Positions 17,222 to 26,852 of a stretch of DNA of 41,494 nucleotides are shown one piece after another (positions within the stretch are counted from its first letter, which is position 1; each line of letters starts with the position of its first letter). Location: the IMG/VR virus record IMGVR_UViG_3300045988_005695. The stretch is one strand, 5' to 3'. The position numbers were made by a program, and so were the translations under genes. Source of the DNA: a virus. The notes below the pieces were generated by a model, which searched no databases, had not been told where the DNA came from, and was given only the letters and a program-made list of their open reading frames with translations.

Positions 17222-19504
17222 ATGGCAGATGGAAGAATCGTTGTTCAAGCGGAGGTCGACGCAAAAAACGCGCAGAAGGAGCTTGATAAGCTGACGGCGA
17301 AAATCGACAAGATGGAAGCCGAACTGAAGAAAAGCACCGGAGAGCAAAGTGGGCTGAAATCTCAGCTTGACGCAGCGAAAGAATCTGCAAAACAGGCAGA
17401 AAATGCGCTGAAATCGTTGCGCGCTGAATCCGAGCGGCTTCGGAAGATCACGTCCGGCGAGGTGTCTGCATCTCCCGATGCGTATATTTCTGCATATAGT
17501 CGGCAATCCGAAGTCGCTGCACAGATTAAGGAACAGGAAGCACTTCTGAAAGAGCAAGACAAGATCGTTGAGAGCCTGGACGGAAAGTACGCAAAAATTA
17601 CGGACAAGGTAATGGAGCAGACCTCCGCGCTGGACGCGGCGAAGACACGCGCAGGAGAGCTTACGCGAGAGATTACAAGCGCAAGCGGAGCGTCCGAACG
17701 AATGGAGCATGCCGCAAAAAGTGTTTCCGACAGCATGGACACGTTCAGCAAGCGTGTTTCTGGGCTTTTTAAGCGTGTCCTTGTATTCTCTCTGATTACT
17801 AGAGCGCTGCAAAGCCTGCGGACATGGCTCGGGAAAACAATCATGCAGAATGAGGAGGCGCGTGCAGCGGTTGCGCGGCTTAAGGCGGCGTTTTTGACGC
17901 TGGCCCAGCCGATTCTTCAAGTCGTGATCCCCGTTTTTGTGAAGCTTGTGGACATTCTGACACAGGTTGTTACAGCTATCGCAAAGTTTTTCGGCATGCT
18001 GTCCGGCAAAAGCTGGGGCGCGCAGGTCGCAGCGGCAAAAGGGCTGAATGCGGAAAAAGAAGCAATCGAGGGGGTAGGCTCCGCAGCTGAAGACGCCAGC
18101 AAGAGCATGGCGAGCTTCGACGAGATCAACCAGATTACCAGCAATCAGGCATCTGGAGGCGGTGGCGGCGCAGGCGGGGCGGCGTCTACGGATATCGCGC
18201 CGGATTTCTCAAACCTCGACATGGCGGAGGATAAACTCCACGATATTCTCGGCCTAGTAGGTGCGATTGCAGCCGGGCTGCTCGCATGGAAAATTGCAAG
18301 CATGTTTACAAACGATTTGAGCAAGATTGCCGGGATCGCTCTTGCAGCAGCTGGTGCGTTTGCACTTGTGTATTTCTGGCTAGACGCGTGGAAGAACGGA
18401 ATTGATTTACAAAATTTCCTCGGAATGCTTGCGGGGCTTGCCGCGCTTGCTGCCGGACTTGCAATCGCATTTGGCCCGATAGCGGCAGGCATTGCGCTTG
18501 TTGTGGGCGGTCTTGCGATGCTTGTTGTCGGAATCAAGGATGTCATTGAAAATGGCTTCAATTTAGTAAATACGCTTACGATCATCGCGGGGATACTTGC
18601 CGCCGGTATCGGCATCTCGCTTCTGACGGGTAGCTGGATTCCACTCCTGATTGCGGGATTTGTCGCCGCTCTGGTTGCACTTGTTTCCTTTACCGGACAT
18701 GGCGAAGAACTAATCGAAGGCCTGAAAAATATCATAGACGGATTCGGGAAATTCTTCAAGGGTGTGTTTACGGGAGACTTAAAGCTTGCCGCAGAAGGCG
18801 CGAAACAAATTTGGGAAGGGCTTAAGCAGACGTGGAATGCCATCATAAACTCCATCAAATATGCATGGGATATGTTCATTACATGGCTACAATCAAAAAG
18901 CCCCATGCTCGCGGCGATTTTCCAGACATACGGAAACTTTATATCCGGCCTATTCAACAGTATAAAGCAATGGCTAAGCGGAATCATCGAGTTTATCAGC
19001 GGCGTTTTTACCGGAGACTGGACAAAGGCGTGGGAAGGCGTAAAGGATATATTTAAGGGAATCTGGAATGGAATCATTACCGCTGTTGAATATGCGATAA
19101 ACTTTATCATCAACGGTATAAACCTCCTAATCTCCGCGCTGAATACCATTCATTTCGAGGTCCCTGATTGGGTTCCTCTAATTGGCGGTAGGTCTTTCGG
19201 AATTAGCATTCCCCTAGTGAGCAACGTTGCGCTTCCCCGTCTCGCGCAGGGCGCAGTCATTCCACCGAACCGCGAATTTCTCGCCGTTCTCGGCGACCAG
19301 AAGAGCGGGACAAATATTGAGACGCCGCTTGCTACGATGGTGCAGGCGTTCAAGCAGGCCATGAATGAAACGGGCGGAATGGGAGGCCGGAGCATTACAG
19401 TCGTGATGCAGGTCGATAAGCGCGAGTTTGCCCGCGCGGTATATCAGGCGAACAACGACGAGACGCAGCGTGTTGGCGTTCGTTTGGCGGGGGTGAGAAC
19501 ATGA
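17222..19504 (+). CDS. Tape measure protein
   Basis: 760 aa. Coiled-coil N-terminus, a Gly run, and a long hydrophobic Gly/Ala-rich core. Confidence 0.9.
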   Translation: MADGRIVVQAEVDAKNAQKELDKLTAKIDKMEAELKKSTGEQSGLKSQLDAAKESAKQAENALKSLRAESERLRKITSGEVSASPDAYISAYSRQSEVAAQIKEQEALLKEQDKIVESLDGKYAKITDKVMEQTSALDAAKTRAGELTREITSASGASERMEHAAKSVSDSMDTFSKRVSGLFKRVLVFSLITRALQSLRTWLGKTIMQNEEARAAVARLKAAFLTLAQPILQVVIPVFVKLVDILTQVVTAIAKFFGMLSGKSWGAQVAAAKGLNAEKEAIEGVGSAAEDASKSMASFDEINQITSNQASGGGGGAGGAASTDIAPDFSNLDMAEDKLHDILGLVGAIAAGLLAWKIASMFTNDLSKIAGIALAAAGAFALVYFWLDAWKNGIDLQNFLGMLAGLAALAAGLAIAFGPIAAGIALVVGGLAMLVVGIKDVIENGFNLVNTLTIIAGILAAGIGISLLTGSWIPLLIAGFVAALVALVSFTGHGEELIEGLKNIIDGFGKFFKGVFTGDLKLAAEGAKQIWEGLKQTWNAIINSIKYAWDMFITWLQSKSPMLAAIFQTYGNFISGLFNSIKQWLSGIIEFISGVFTGDWTKAWEGVKDIFKGIWNGIITAVEYAINFIINGINLLISALNTIHFEVPDWVPLIGGRSFGISIPLVSNVALPRLAQGAVIPPNREFLAVLGDQKSGTNIETPLATMVQAFKQAMNETGGMGGRSITVVMQVDKREFARAVYQANNDETQRVGVRLAGVRT

Positions 19505-19893
19505 CAAGCGTATTGAGTCTTGATGGGAAAGCGTATCCGAATCTGCACGTCGTGAGTCTGAAACGTTCGTTTTCCGTGCTCGACGGCGACAATGCCGGGC
19601 GCGTGATGACCGGCGCAATGACGCGCGACATCATCGGCACCTATTACAATTACAGCCTGGAAATTGATTCAGTGACATCGAACCCCGAGGAATACGACGA
19701 GTTTTATGAAACGATCTCCGCACCGGCAGACAGCCACGTACTGACAGTCCCCTATGCGCAGACGACCATGACGTTCGACGCGTATGTTGCAAATGGCGAC
19801 GACGAGCTGGCGTCCAGCTATGCCGGGAAAAACAGCTGGCAGAACCTGACCGTCAATTTCGTTGCCATGAAACCGAAGAGGACCCCGGCATGA
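19501..19893 (+). CDS. Distal tail protein-like, putative
   Basis: First gene after the tape measure. Confidence 0.4.
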   Translation: MTSVLSLDGKAYPNLHVVSLKRSFSVLDGDNAGRVMTGAMTRDIIGTYYNYSLEIDSVTSNPEEYDEFYETISAPADSHVLTVPYAQTTMTFDAYVANGDDELASSYAGKNSWQNLTVNFVAMKPKRTPA

Positions 19894-21353
19894 GCGTAAG
19901 AGTGGTATATGAAGACGTCGCGGTCGGCGCAGCAGATGCGTCGACGGTAACGACGACGGCGAAGAAAGACTTTGCCAACCCTGCCCTGCTCCCCTACGGC
20001 ACGGACGCCGGGCTGCTGGCGTCCTGCGAGCAGAACCAGTGGGTCCTAGACGGGACGCGCGGCCTGCTCGGGAGCAAACGGGCCGCGTTCTGGTCTGCGG
20101 AGCAGAGCAAAGACGACTGTACCTTCGATGCAGCGCCGACGATCACGATTTCCCTAAACGGTCAGTTCTCGTCCCCGGGCATTTTCTTCTACTTCGACGG
20201 CTCGGAGGGCGATTATTGCAGTGAGATCGTCCTGACGTGGTACAACGGCGAAGAACAGCTTGCGAGCAAGACCTTCACGCCGAACTCGTACAAGTATTTC
20301 TGCGAGCAGCAGGTCGACTTATACAACAAGCTCGTCGTGCAGATCAATAAGACCCACCTGCCGAACCACTACGCGAAGATCTCGCAGATCTTCTTCGGAA
20401 TCGTCCGGGAGTTCGAGCGGGGAGAGCTGCGCTCCGTCCGGGTCACGGAGGGCATGAACATCATTTCTGACGATCTGGAGATCAACACGCTCGACTTCTC
20501 GCTGGACAGCGCGGACGATATCGACTACGTCTTCCAGCAGAAGCAGCCCGTCAGCGCGTATGACTCAGACCACCTGATCGGCGTGTTTTATATCGAATCG
20601 TCCTCCCGGAAAAGCGTGAGCGTCTATGATATTTCCTGCATCGACGCCCTCGGCGTCATGGACAGCGAGCCGTTCGCGGCTGCGATCTATTCCGGCGCGT
20701 CTGCGAAGACGCTGATCCAGACGATCCTCGCCGGGCACTTTACGCTGGAATACGACTCTTCGCTGGATGACGCAAAGGTCACGGGCTACATCCCGGACTG
20801 CACGAAGCGCGAGGCACTGCAGCAGATCGCATTTGCCATCTGCGCCACCATCGACACCAGCGGGACGCGCGGAATCAAGGTGCGAAAGCTCGCGTCGGAC
20901 GAGGCGGCGGAGATCCCGCTTGACCGGCTCTATACCGGCGGCAGCGTAGAAACGTCTTCCCCGGTGACGGAGGTGCGTGTGACGGCGCATGCGTACAAAA
21001 CGACCGGCAGCGGCGACAGCGTGGAGGTCGACGGCACGACGTATTACCACACGACCACTGTCACGACAAAGACCAATCCGAAGGTCACGGCCACGACGAA
21101 GCCAAACGTCGTCGAGGTCAGGGACGCCACACTGGTCAGCAGCAGCAACGTCGCCGCGGTCACCCAGCACGTCTACGACTATTACATGCGCCGTCAGACC
21201 CACAGCGTGCGGATCGTCATGGACGGCGAGACCCCCGGCGATTACGTCAAAACGACGACGCCGTGGGGCGGCACGATCACCGGCACGATCACCAGCATGA
21301 GTATTCTCCTCAGCGGAATCGCGGCGGCAGAATGCAAGATTATCGGCACATAG
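19890..21353 (+). CDS. Tail tip / baseplate hub (Tal-like) protein, putative
   Basis: Second gene after the tape measure. 487 aa. Confidence 0.5.
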   Translation: MSVRVVYEDVAVGAADASTVTTTAKKDFANPALLPYGTDAGLLASCEQNQWVLDGTRGLLGSKRAAFWSAEQSKDDCTFDAAPTITISLNGQFSSPGIFFYFDGSEGDYCSEIVLTWYNGEEQLASKTFTPNSYKYFCEQQVDLYNKLVVQINKTHLPNHYAKISQIFFGIVREFERGELRSVRVTEGMNIISDDLEINTLDFSLDSADDIDYVFQQKQPVSAYDSDHLIGVFYIESSSRKSVSVYDISCIDALGVMDSEPFAAAIYSGASAKTLIQTILAGHFTLEYDSSLDDAKVTGYIPDCTKREALQQIAFAICATIDTSGTRGIKVRKLASDEAAEIPLDRLYTGGSVETSSPVTEVRVTAHAYKTTGSGDSVEVDGTTYYHTTTVTTKTNPKVTATTKPNVVEVRDATLVSSSNVAAVTQHVYDYYMRRQTHSVRIVMDGETPGDYVKTTTPWGGTITGTITSMSILLSGIAAAECKIIGT

Positions 21354-21360
21354 AACGGAG

Positions 21361-21666
21361 GTGCGGCATTTGGTACAGGGAGATTCGTATAACCTTAGTG
21401 TTACCATCAAGAATAAAGGGCAGCCGCTGGACGTTGCAAGCGTTGAAAAGGTGGAAATTTCTCTGCTTTACCTGCAAAAGAGCTATCCGGGAGAGATCGG
21501 ATACGAGGACGGAAAGTTTCTGTTTCCCCTCACCCAGCAGGAGACCTTTCGGCTCCCGAAGCTCTGCCAGATGCAGGTGCGCGTGAAATTCAAGAGCGGT
21601 GACGTGATTGGCTCGGAGATCAAGCAGATCGACGTTGCGCACGCGCTTTCAAAGGCGGTGTTGTGA
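21361..21666 (+). CDS. Hypothetical structural protein
   Basis: GGAGG lies upstream. The start may be the TTG at 21370. Confidence 0.45.
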   Translation: MRHLVQGDSYNLSVTIKNKGQPLDVASVEKVEISLLYLQKSYPGEIGYEDGKFLFPLTQQETFRLPKLCQMQVRVKFKSGDVIGSEIKQIDVAHALSKAVL

Positions 21667-21863
21667 TGGGCGGCATTGAATTTGGACTCAAGAACCGCGA
21701 TCCGATCGACGTTTCCTTTAACGTTTCCGTGCGTGCTGGCGGCGGCTCTGGTGGCGGGGGCATCCAGTCGGCACAGATCGACGCGATCCTCGTGATGACA
21801 AAATCCGAATATGACGCGCTGGACAAAAAGGACGCGCGGACACTGTATCTGTTGGAGGGATAA
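21663..21863 (+). CDS. Hypothetical structural protein (Gly run, C-terminal TKSEYDALDKKDARTLYLL fibre-like motif)
   Basis: Coupled ORF. Confidence 0.45.
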   Translation: MMGGIEFGLKNRDPIDVSFNVSVRAGGGSGGGGIQSAQIDAILVMTKSEYDALDKKDARTLYLLEG

Positions 21864-21864
21864 C

Positions 21865-22008
21865 ATGCTGGCAGTTGGACTCAAACGCATTCTGGAGCTG
21901 TTCATCGGCTCCATGGGCATCAAATCCGCCCACCTGGGCACGAAAAACATCTACGAAAGACCGGGCGGATTTTTGTACATTGAACTCACAAGCGAAGAAA
22001 GGGGATAA
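21865..22008 (+). CDS. Small hypothetical protein (47 aa)
   Basis: ATG at 21865, right after the upstream stop. Confidence 0.3.
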   Translation: MLAVGLKRILELFIGSMGIKSAHLGTKNIYERPGGFLYIELTSEERG

Positions 22009-22014
22009 ATCCAG

Positions 22015-22677
22015 ATGGCAAGTTTTTTCAATCTGACACTTGATACGCTGGCACCTGCCGGCCTATCGCTGATCCTGAACGACGGTGCACAGTACGCGAC
22101 CAGCGCGACCGTCACGGCGAAGATCTCTGTCTCCGACGAGACAACGACGGGCTACCAGATGAAGATCTGGGGCACGAAGACGGCGGAGACCGAGGCGGAA
22201 GCGTCGTGGGAGACATTCGCCACGACAAAATCCATCACGCTGCCCGACGGCGACGGCCTCAAGACGATCTATGTCAAGATGCGCGACGACGTCGGCAACG
22301 AAACGGCCGCAGTCAGCGACACGATCACGCTCAACACGTCGATTCCTGCCGTGACCATCACCGGCCCCGACAAGAGCCGCATTTCCAAGGTAACGGGCTA
22401 CGACGCAGCGGCGTTCTCCTTCGTCTGCGACGTGGACTTCGAGGAATACACCGTCCGCGTCGTCCCGGCGACGAGCAGCCTGCACACGGCGGGCACGCAG
22501 ATCCCGGCGACGGGCGGCTCCACGAACGTCAGCGGCACGGCAGGCGGCTACAAGAAGAACACCGCTATCAACGTCACCGTCAAGGGCGCAGACCTCGAAG
22601 CAGCGTCCTCCGGCGACGGCGTGAAGATCGTGAAGGTCTTCGTCAAGAACGCCGCCGGGACGTGGAGCGCAGCGTAA
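22015..22677 (+). CDS. Tail-associated protein with Ig-like repeats, putative
   Basis: Ser/Thr-rich beta-type sequence. The C-terminal half is paralogous to the next ORF. Confidence 0.5.
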   Translation: MASFFNLTLDTLAPAGLSLILNDGAQYATSATVTAKISVSDETTTGYQMKIWGTKTAETEAEASWETFATTKSITLPDGDGLKTIYVKMRDDVGNETAAVSDTITLNTSIPAVTITGPDKSRISKVTGYDAAAFSFVCDVDFEEYTVRVVPATSSLHTAGTQIPATGGSTNVSGTAGGYKKNTAINVTVKGADLEAASSGDGVKIVKVFVKNAAGTWSAA

Positions 22678-23054
22678 TGGCCGCGCCGGAACTGACATTC
22701 TCCATCACTGGAAATAAGATCTCGGCAGTGGCCGGGTACGACTCCATCACCGTCACATTCTCGTCGGATATCGCCTATACGGCCTTTGAGTGCCGCGCGA
22801 CGAAATCCGGCGAGGACTGGGGGCGCGGAAAGGGCGCGCTCATCGCGTCCTTCTCCCAGACCCCCGCGGGGACGCAGCGCACCTTTGAGGTATACGACGA
22901 TTTCCTGCTTTCCGGAGACGGAGAATACAGAATTTCGCTGTTCGCGCAGGGCGCGGACAGCAGCTGGAATGACAATTATGGATTTATCCCGTCCGGACAG
23001 TCGCAGACCATGAAAACGGCTGACGGAGAGGATTTCCTGTGCATGAAGGAGTGA
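22677..23054 (+). CDS. Tail-associated Ig-like domain protein, putative
   Basis: TAATG-coupled ATG at 22677. The longer ORF from 22206 is an out-of-frame shadow. Confidence 0.5.
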   Translation: MAAPELTFSITGNKISAVAGYDSITVTFSSDIAYTAFECRATKSGEDWGRGKGALIASFSQTPAGTQRTFEVYDDFLLSGDGEYRISLFAQGADSSWNDNYGFIPSGQSQTMKTADGEDFLCMKE

Positions 23055-23058
23055 TCGC

Positions 23059-23421
23059 ATGGCGTACAACAGCCAGTATACCGGCGCGCAGATCGACGAG
23101 GCCATCGGCGACGTGCGCAGAAACAAAGCCGAATGGAGCGGCAAGCAGGACGTGCTTTTGCCTTCTGGGGCGAAGGTCGGCGACCTTATCAAGGTTAAGG
23201 CGGTCGACGCAAATGGCAAGCCGACGGCGTGGGAGGTCGCCGCCGCAGGCACAGACTACCTCAAGACCGCCCCCGTCACCAGTGTCAACGGCAAAACCGG
23301 AGCTGTCACGGTTCGCGAAGTGCCGTCTGTCACGGCTTCGGACAATGGAAAATTCCTGCGAGTAGTAAATGGGGCATGGACAGCTGTAGAGATCGCAAAC
23401 GCGAATGGAGGTAGCTTCTGA
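23059..23421 (+). CDS. Tail fibre-like protein
   Basis: The N-terminal YTGAQIDEAI motif is common in phage fibre proteins. Confidence 0.5.
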   Translation: MAYNSQYTGAQIDEAIGDVRRNKAEWSGKQDVLLPSGAKVGDLIKVKAVDANGKPTAWEVAAAGTDYLKTAPVTSVNGKTGAVTVREVPSVTASDNGKFLRVVNGAWTAVEIANANGGSF

Positions 23422-24404
23422 TGGCGGAGTATCTGACAAACACGGCTGACCTTACAGCGGTCGCCGACGCGATCCGCGCGAAGGGCGGGACGTCCGCGCA
23501 GCTGGTGTATCCGGTGGGCTTCGTGTCGGCTATTCAGGCAATCCAGACCGGTGCTCCGATGCAGATCGTCGTCACGACCAGCGCGGGCGCAACAGTTACA
23601 GCTACAAAGGGCAACAAGACAGTTTCCGGCACAGCTGATGCGAGCGGGAACTGTACGTTGACGGTTGATGAGGTTGGAACATGGGCTGTGACAGCTGCAT
23701 CGGGAAGTATGTCTAAATCTATCGATGTAGTTGTTGGATCTGTCGAAGCTACGCTGAACCTGATTGACCCTGTTTTTGGCAATAACGACTGGTCGACTAT
23801 TATTGCTGCGTGTCAGTCTGGCAGTGTTCCCGATGCTTGGGCTGTCGGTGACAGCAAAGAGATGACAATCAGCAATAAAGCATACCAGATCGACATCATC
23901 GGCAAGAACCACGATGACTACGCTGACGGTTCGGGCAAGGCTCCGTTAACGTTCCAGATGCACAAGTGCTATGCGACAGAGTACAAGATGAATAACTCTG
24001 ACAGCAACACCGGGGGCTGGGCAGACTGTCTGCTGCGGACGACTGGTGGTTTCAAAACGATCAAATCGAAAATGCCGAAAGAGGTCGTGGCTGCAATGAA
24101 GGAAATAGTAAAGAAGACTGCAGCCGATGGCTACAGCTCGACTATCAGCACAACGAAGGACACAATGTTCCTGTTGTCGGAGATCGAAGTGCAGGGCACG
24201 CAGACGCATTCTTACTCGGGCGAGGGCACGCAGTATGAGTATTACAAGACGGCGGCCAATCGAGTGAAGAACGACACGACATGGTGGCTGCGTTCGCCGA
24301 GGGCTAGAAGCTCTTCCTGCTTCTGTGGAACTAGATTCGACGGTACGGCAAATTGGTACGTCGCGTCCGAAACGAATGGTGTTGCGGCGGCATGGTGTTT
24401 CTAA
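23421..24404 (+). CDS. Tail protein with C-terminal DUF6273-like domain (putative receptor-binding)
   Basis: DTMFLLSEIEV ... WWLRSP ... NGVAAAWCF resembles the DUF6273 pattern. Confidence 0.5.
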   Translation: MAEYLTNTADLTAVADAIRAKGGTSAQLVYPVGFVSAIQAIQTGAPMQIVVTTSAGATVTATKGNKTVSGTADASGNCTLTVDEVGTWAVTAASGSMSKSIDVVVGSVEATLNLIDPVFGNNDWSTIIAACQSGSVPDAWAVGDSKEMTISNKAYQIDIIGKNHDDYADGSGKAPLTFQMHKCYATEYKMNNSDSNTGGWADCLLRTTGGFKTIKSKMPKEVVAAMKEIVKKTAADGYSSTISTTKDTMFLLSEIEVQGTQTHSYSGEGTQYEYYKTAANRVKNDTTWWLRSPRARSSSCFCGTRFDGTANWYVASETNGVAAAWCF

Positions 24405-24467
24405 TCATGTGGATATGATCTTTAAGGTCATTCTGATAAACAAGCCGACGGGCGTTAAGGAGCTTCT

Positions 24468-24956
24468 ATGAGTACGATTATTGACACCCTAATCACCGAC
24501 CGAACGGCAGCGGACGTCGCACGCGTGCACGAGTTGGCCGTGAAGGGCTACGCGGGCATGACGGCGGCGGAGCTGGCGGAGTGGCTGGCGGGGATGAAGG
24601 GCGCATACAACGCCGTTGACCTCAACCGCGTCGGGGCGGCGCTGAACTACCTCCGCGACCTCCTGACCGGCGTCTGCGGCAGGGATATCACGTGGCAGGC
24701 GAAGACAGATTGGGCTATGACGGACGTTATAACAGTCGCACAGGGCAGCGCATACCATGGCCAGATCAGCGACGTCCGCGCCGCGCTCACCTACCCCGCA
24801 AATTCCCCGGATGTGCCGGAGATCGCGCTGCTGACGTATGCTGGCGCAAACGATATCGAGCGCATCCTGACTATCTGCGAGACGCTGGTCGACAATGTGA
24901 TAAATGCGTTTCGCTACACCGGCGCGGCGGAGTGTGCCGCGGGAGGATTACTATGA
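24468..24956 (+). CDS. Hypothetical tail fibre-associated protein
   Basis: AAGGAG RBS. Position fits. Confidence 0.5.
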   Translation: MSTIIDTLITDRTAADVARVHELAVKGYAGMTAAELAEWLAGMKGAYNAVDLNRVGAALNYLRDLLTGVCGRDITWQAKTDWAMTDVITVAQGSAYHGQISDVRAALTYPANSPDVPEIALLTYAGANDIERILTICETLVDNVINAFRYTGAAECAAGGLL

Positions 24957-26389
24957 CAGACCGACAACCGACACAGGTACTGACGAACGGGGCCATCCGC
25001 TATGGCATCTACCGCGCGGATGGCACGCTTGACCATTACGAATATCTCCGGCGCGAGGACGCGCCGACCGTCGAGGGAACGCCGCTCAGCAAGGCAAATC
25101 TTCTCTCGGACGCCACAGCTTCGAAGCTCTGGCCCGGCAGCAACAAACCGGAGGACCCAACTGTCAACCAGGCATTTGAAAAGCTATCGAAGGGTATGCA
25201 CCTCGTCGGCGATATCGAGCTGACGTCCAGAGCCGCACCGTCTTCTGCATGGCTTCCGTGCGATGGCCGCTACGTCTCGCAAGAAGACTATCCTGAGCTG
25301 TTTGACGTTCTGCGAACATCTGCAAGTCAGGGTAACTGGGAAACTCAGGTTGTAAATGCAGATACCAGTAACAGTAAACTCGGAGATGTGATATCATACG
25401 CAAATGGTGTCTGGTTTCGTTCTAGAGCCTGGATTGGTACGCAACATTCCGAAGAGTATATTACAGCTAGAATGTGGTATTCGCTCGATAACATGAACTC
25501 GTGGCATGAAGTTGCAGTTCAGAATAATGTGCTACAAATAAATACCATACACTACTACGCGCAGAAATACGTAGGCGTATGTTTGAAGTACGTGAGTAAC
25601 AGGTACTATGTCTGGTATATATACTATGCAGATCAGCCATCAGGACCATGGAAATTATCAGCGCAAGTTGGAGAGCAATCGGGGGACATTTCGTCTAAAG
25701 CATTCGTCGCCGACATAATCTCTGACGGTGCAATGTACTATATCGTATGGGAAGAGCAGAATAGCATTGTGTACTCTTCAAATCTACTTGCATCGACGTG
25801 GACAACTGTAGATGATATAGGTTTTATTCGAAGTCTGACATACAACGAAGACGACGGGTACTTTTACGGGGCGAAGGGGTCTGAAAACTATGAAAATGAT
25901 AAACAGATAGTACGGGCTCGCACTCCAACCAGTAAATCGGCATGGCAAACGATCTACTCGACTGAAGGTTCGTATAAAAAAGTATGCGCTTCCGGAAACA
26001 TCATTTATGCTGCAAATGCAGGTACCGGCTCATACGCGTATGTGTATTCGACAGATGGTGGTGCAACATTCAAACAAGCAACTCACTCGAAAATTACAGG
26101 TAAGCCAATTATATCAGATGGAATTGTAGTGCTGTCTGCAGCCGACAGCTCTGGGGCAAATCCGGTCTTGCTATACTCAGACGATCTGGATAGTGGCTTT
26201 ATCTCTACAAGTGCTCCTGCTGTGGCAAGCTTTGCAGGGAATGGCTCCGGCCTAATAGTTGGCGCGCTTGCATCTAACGGTGGTAGTACGCAGAACATCT
26301 ACCGTGATTTTGCGTATGATGCAAAGAAAATCCCGAAAATCGTACCCGATAGCCGGAGCCATGCCTACATCAAGGCCGTGGAGGAATGA
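24953..26389 (+). CDS. Tail fibre: collar-like motif plus C-terminal Asp-box (BNR) beta-propeller-like module
   Basis: GGGAGGA RBS with an ATGA-coupled ATG at 24953. WLPCDGRYVSQEDYPELF is a collar-type motif. YSTDGGATF fits the SxDxGxTW/F Asp-box, and degenerate copies are present. Confidence 0.7.
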   Translation: MTDRQPTQVLTNGAIRYGIYRADGTLDHYEYLRREDAPTVEGTPLSKANLLSDATASKLWPGSNKPEDPTVNQAFEKLSKGMHLVGDIELTSRAAPSSAWLPCDGRYVSQEDYPELFDVLRTSASQGNWETQVVNADTSNSKLGDVISYANGVWFRSRAWIGTQHSEEYITARMWYSLDNMNSWHEVAVQNNVLQINTIHYYAQKYVGVCLKYVSNRYYVWYIYYADQPSGPWKLSAQVGEQSGDISSKAFVADIISDGAMYYIVWEEQNSIVYSSNLLASTWTTVDDIGFIRSLTYNEDDGYFYGAKGSENYENDKQIVRARTPTSKSAWQTIYSTEGSYKKVCASGNIIYAANAGTGSYAYVYSTDGGATFKQATHSKITGKPIISDGIVVLSAADSSGANPVLLYSDDLDSGFISTSAPAVASFAGNGSGLIVGALASNGGSTQNIYRDFAYDAKKIPKIVPDSRSHAYIKAVEE

Positions 26390-26392
26390 GCC

Positions 26393-26821
26393 ATGCGGGA
26401 CAGAAAAGGGACGAACGATCTGGCGAACGGCGCGGTCTGCTACGGGGCCTATGACGCGGCGGGGAATCTGCTGCGTCAGGTCTGGCTCCGGCTGGAAGAC
26501 GAACCGCTGGCCGAGGGAACACCGCTTGTCAAGGCGAATCTGCTGACCGACGAAACTGCCGCCCTCCTCTGGACGGCGGGCGACGCCCCGGCCGACCCGA
26601 CCATCAACGACGCGCTGGACAAGCTCTCCACGCCGCAATACAAGATCGGCGATCTACTCGTCACCGTGCGGGATCTGGCCGCCCCGTGGCACGCCTGCGA
26701 CGGCTCGGCCTTCTCGCAGACGGACTACCCGGAGCTTTATAACCAGCTCGGCGGCGATACGCTACCAAACGTCAGCTATTCTGACGACACGGTTACTTAC
26801 ATCAAAATGGCCAACGACTGA
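26393..26821 (+). CDS. Short tail fibre paralogue (collar-like motif only)
   Basis: About 120 aa are colinear with the N-terminus of the 24953 protein (EGTPL.KANLL, WxxCDG....DYPEL). Confidence 0.55.
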   Translation: MRDRKGTNDLANGAVCYGAYDAAGNLLRQVWLRLEDEPLAEGTPLVKANLLTDETAALLWTAGDAPADPTINDALDKLSTPQYKIGDLLVTVRDLAAPWHACDGSAFSQTDYPELYNQLGGDTLPNVSYSDDTVTYIKMAND

Positions 26822-26852
26822 CCGTTGGGAAATACATAAAAGAGGTAAAAAC

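Noticed and set aside
18148-18190. G-rich run (ggaggcggtggcggcgcaggcggggcgg) that could be taken for a G-quadruplex or repeat element.
   Set aside because: It encodes the Gly run (SGGGGGAGGAAS) of the tape measure protein, which is a common linker.
22206-22676. N-terminal 157 aa of the 282-aa ORF 22206-23054.
   Set aside because: The translation is Arg/His/Asp-rich and nonsense-like, and it overlaps the 22015-22677 gene out of frame. The real gene starts at the coupled ATG at 22677.
24692-24952. Upstream extensions of the fibre ORF (24692) and of the endolysin ORF (27675-27986).
   Set aside because: Both extensions overlap well-supported genes in another frame. Good RBSs and coupled ATGs exist at 24953 and 27987.
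24953-26821. A diversity-generating retroelement (template and variable repeats) in the duplicated fibre N-termini.
   Set aside because: No reverse transcriptase is encoded anywhere in the genome. The two copies differ at all base types, not specifically at adenines. Ordinary paralogy explains the similarity.
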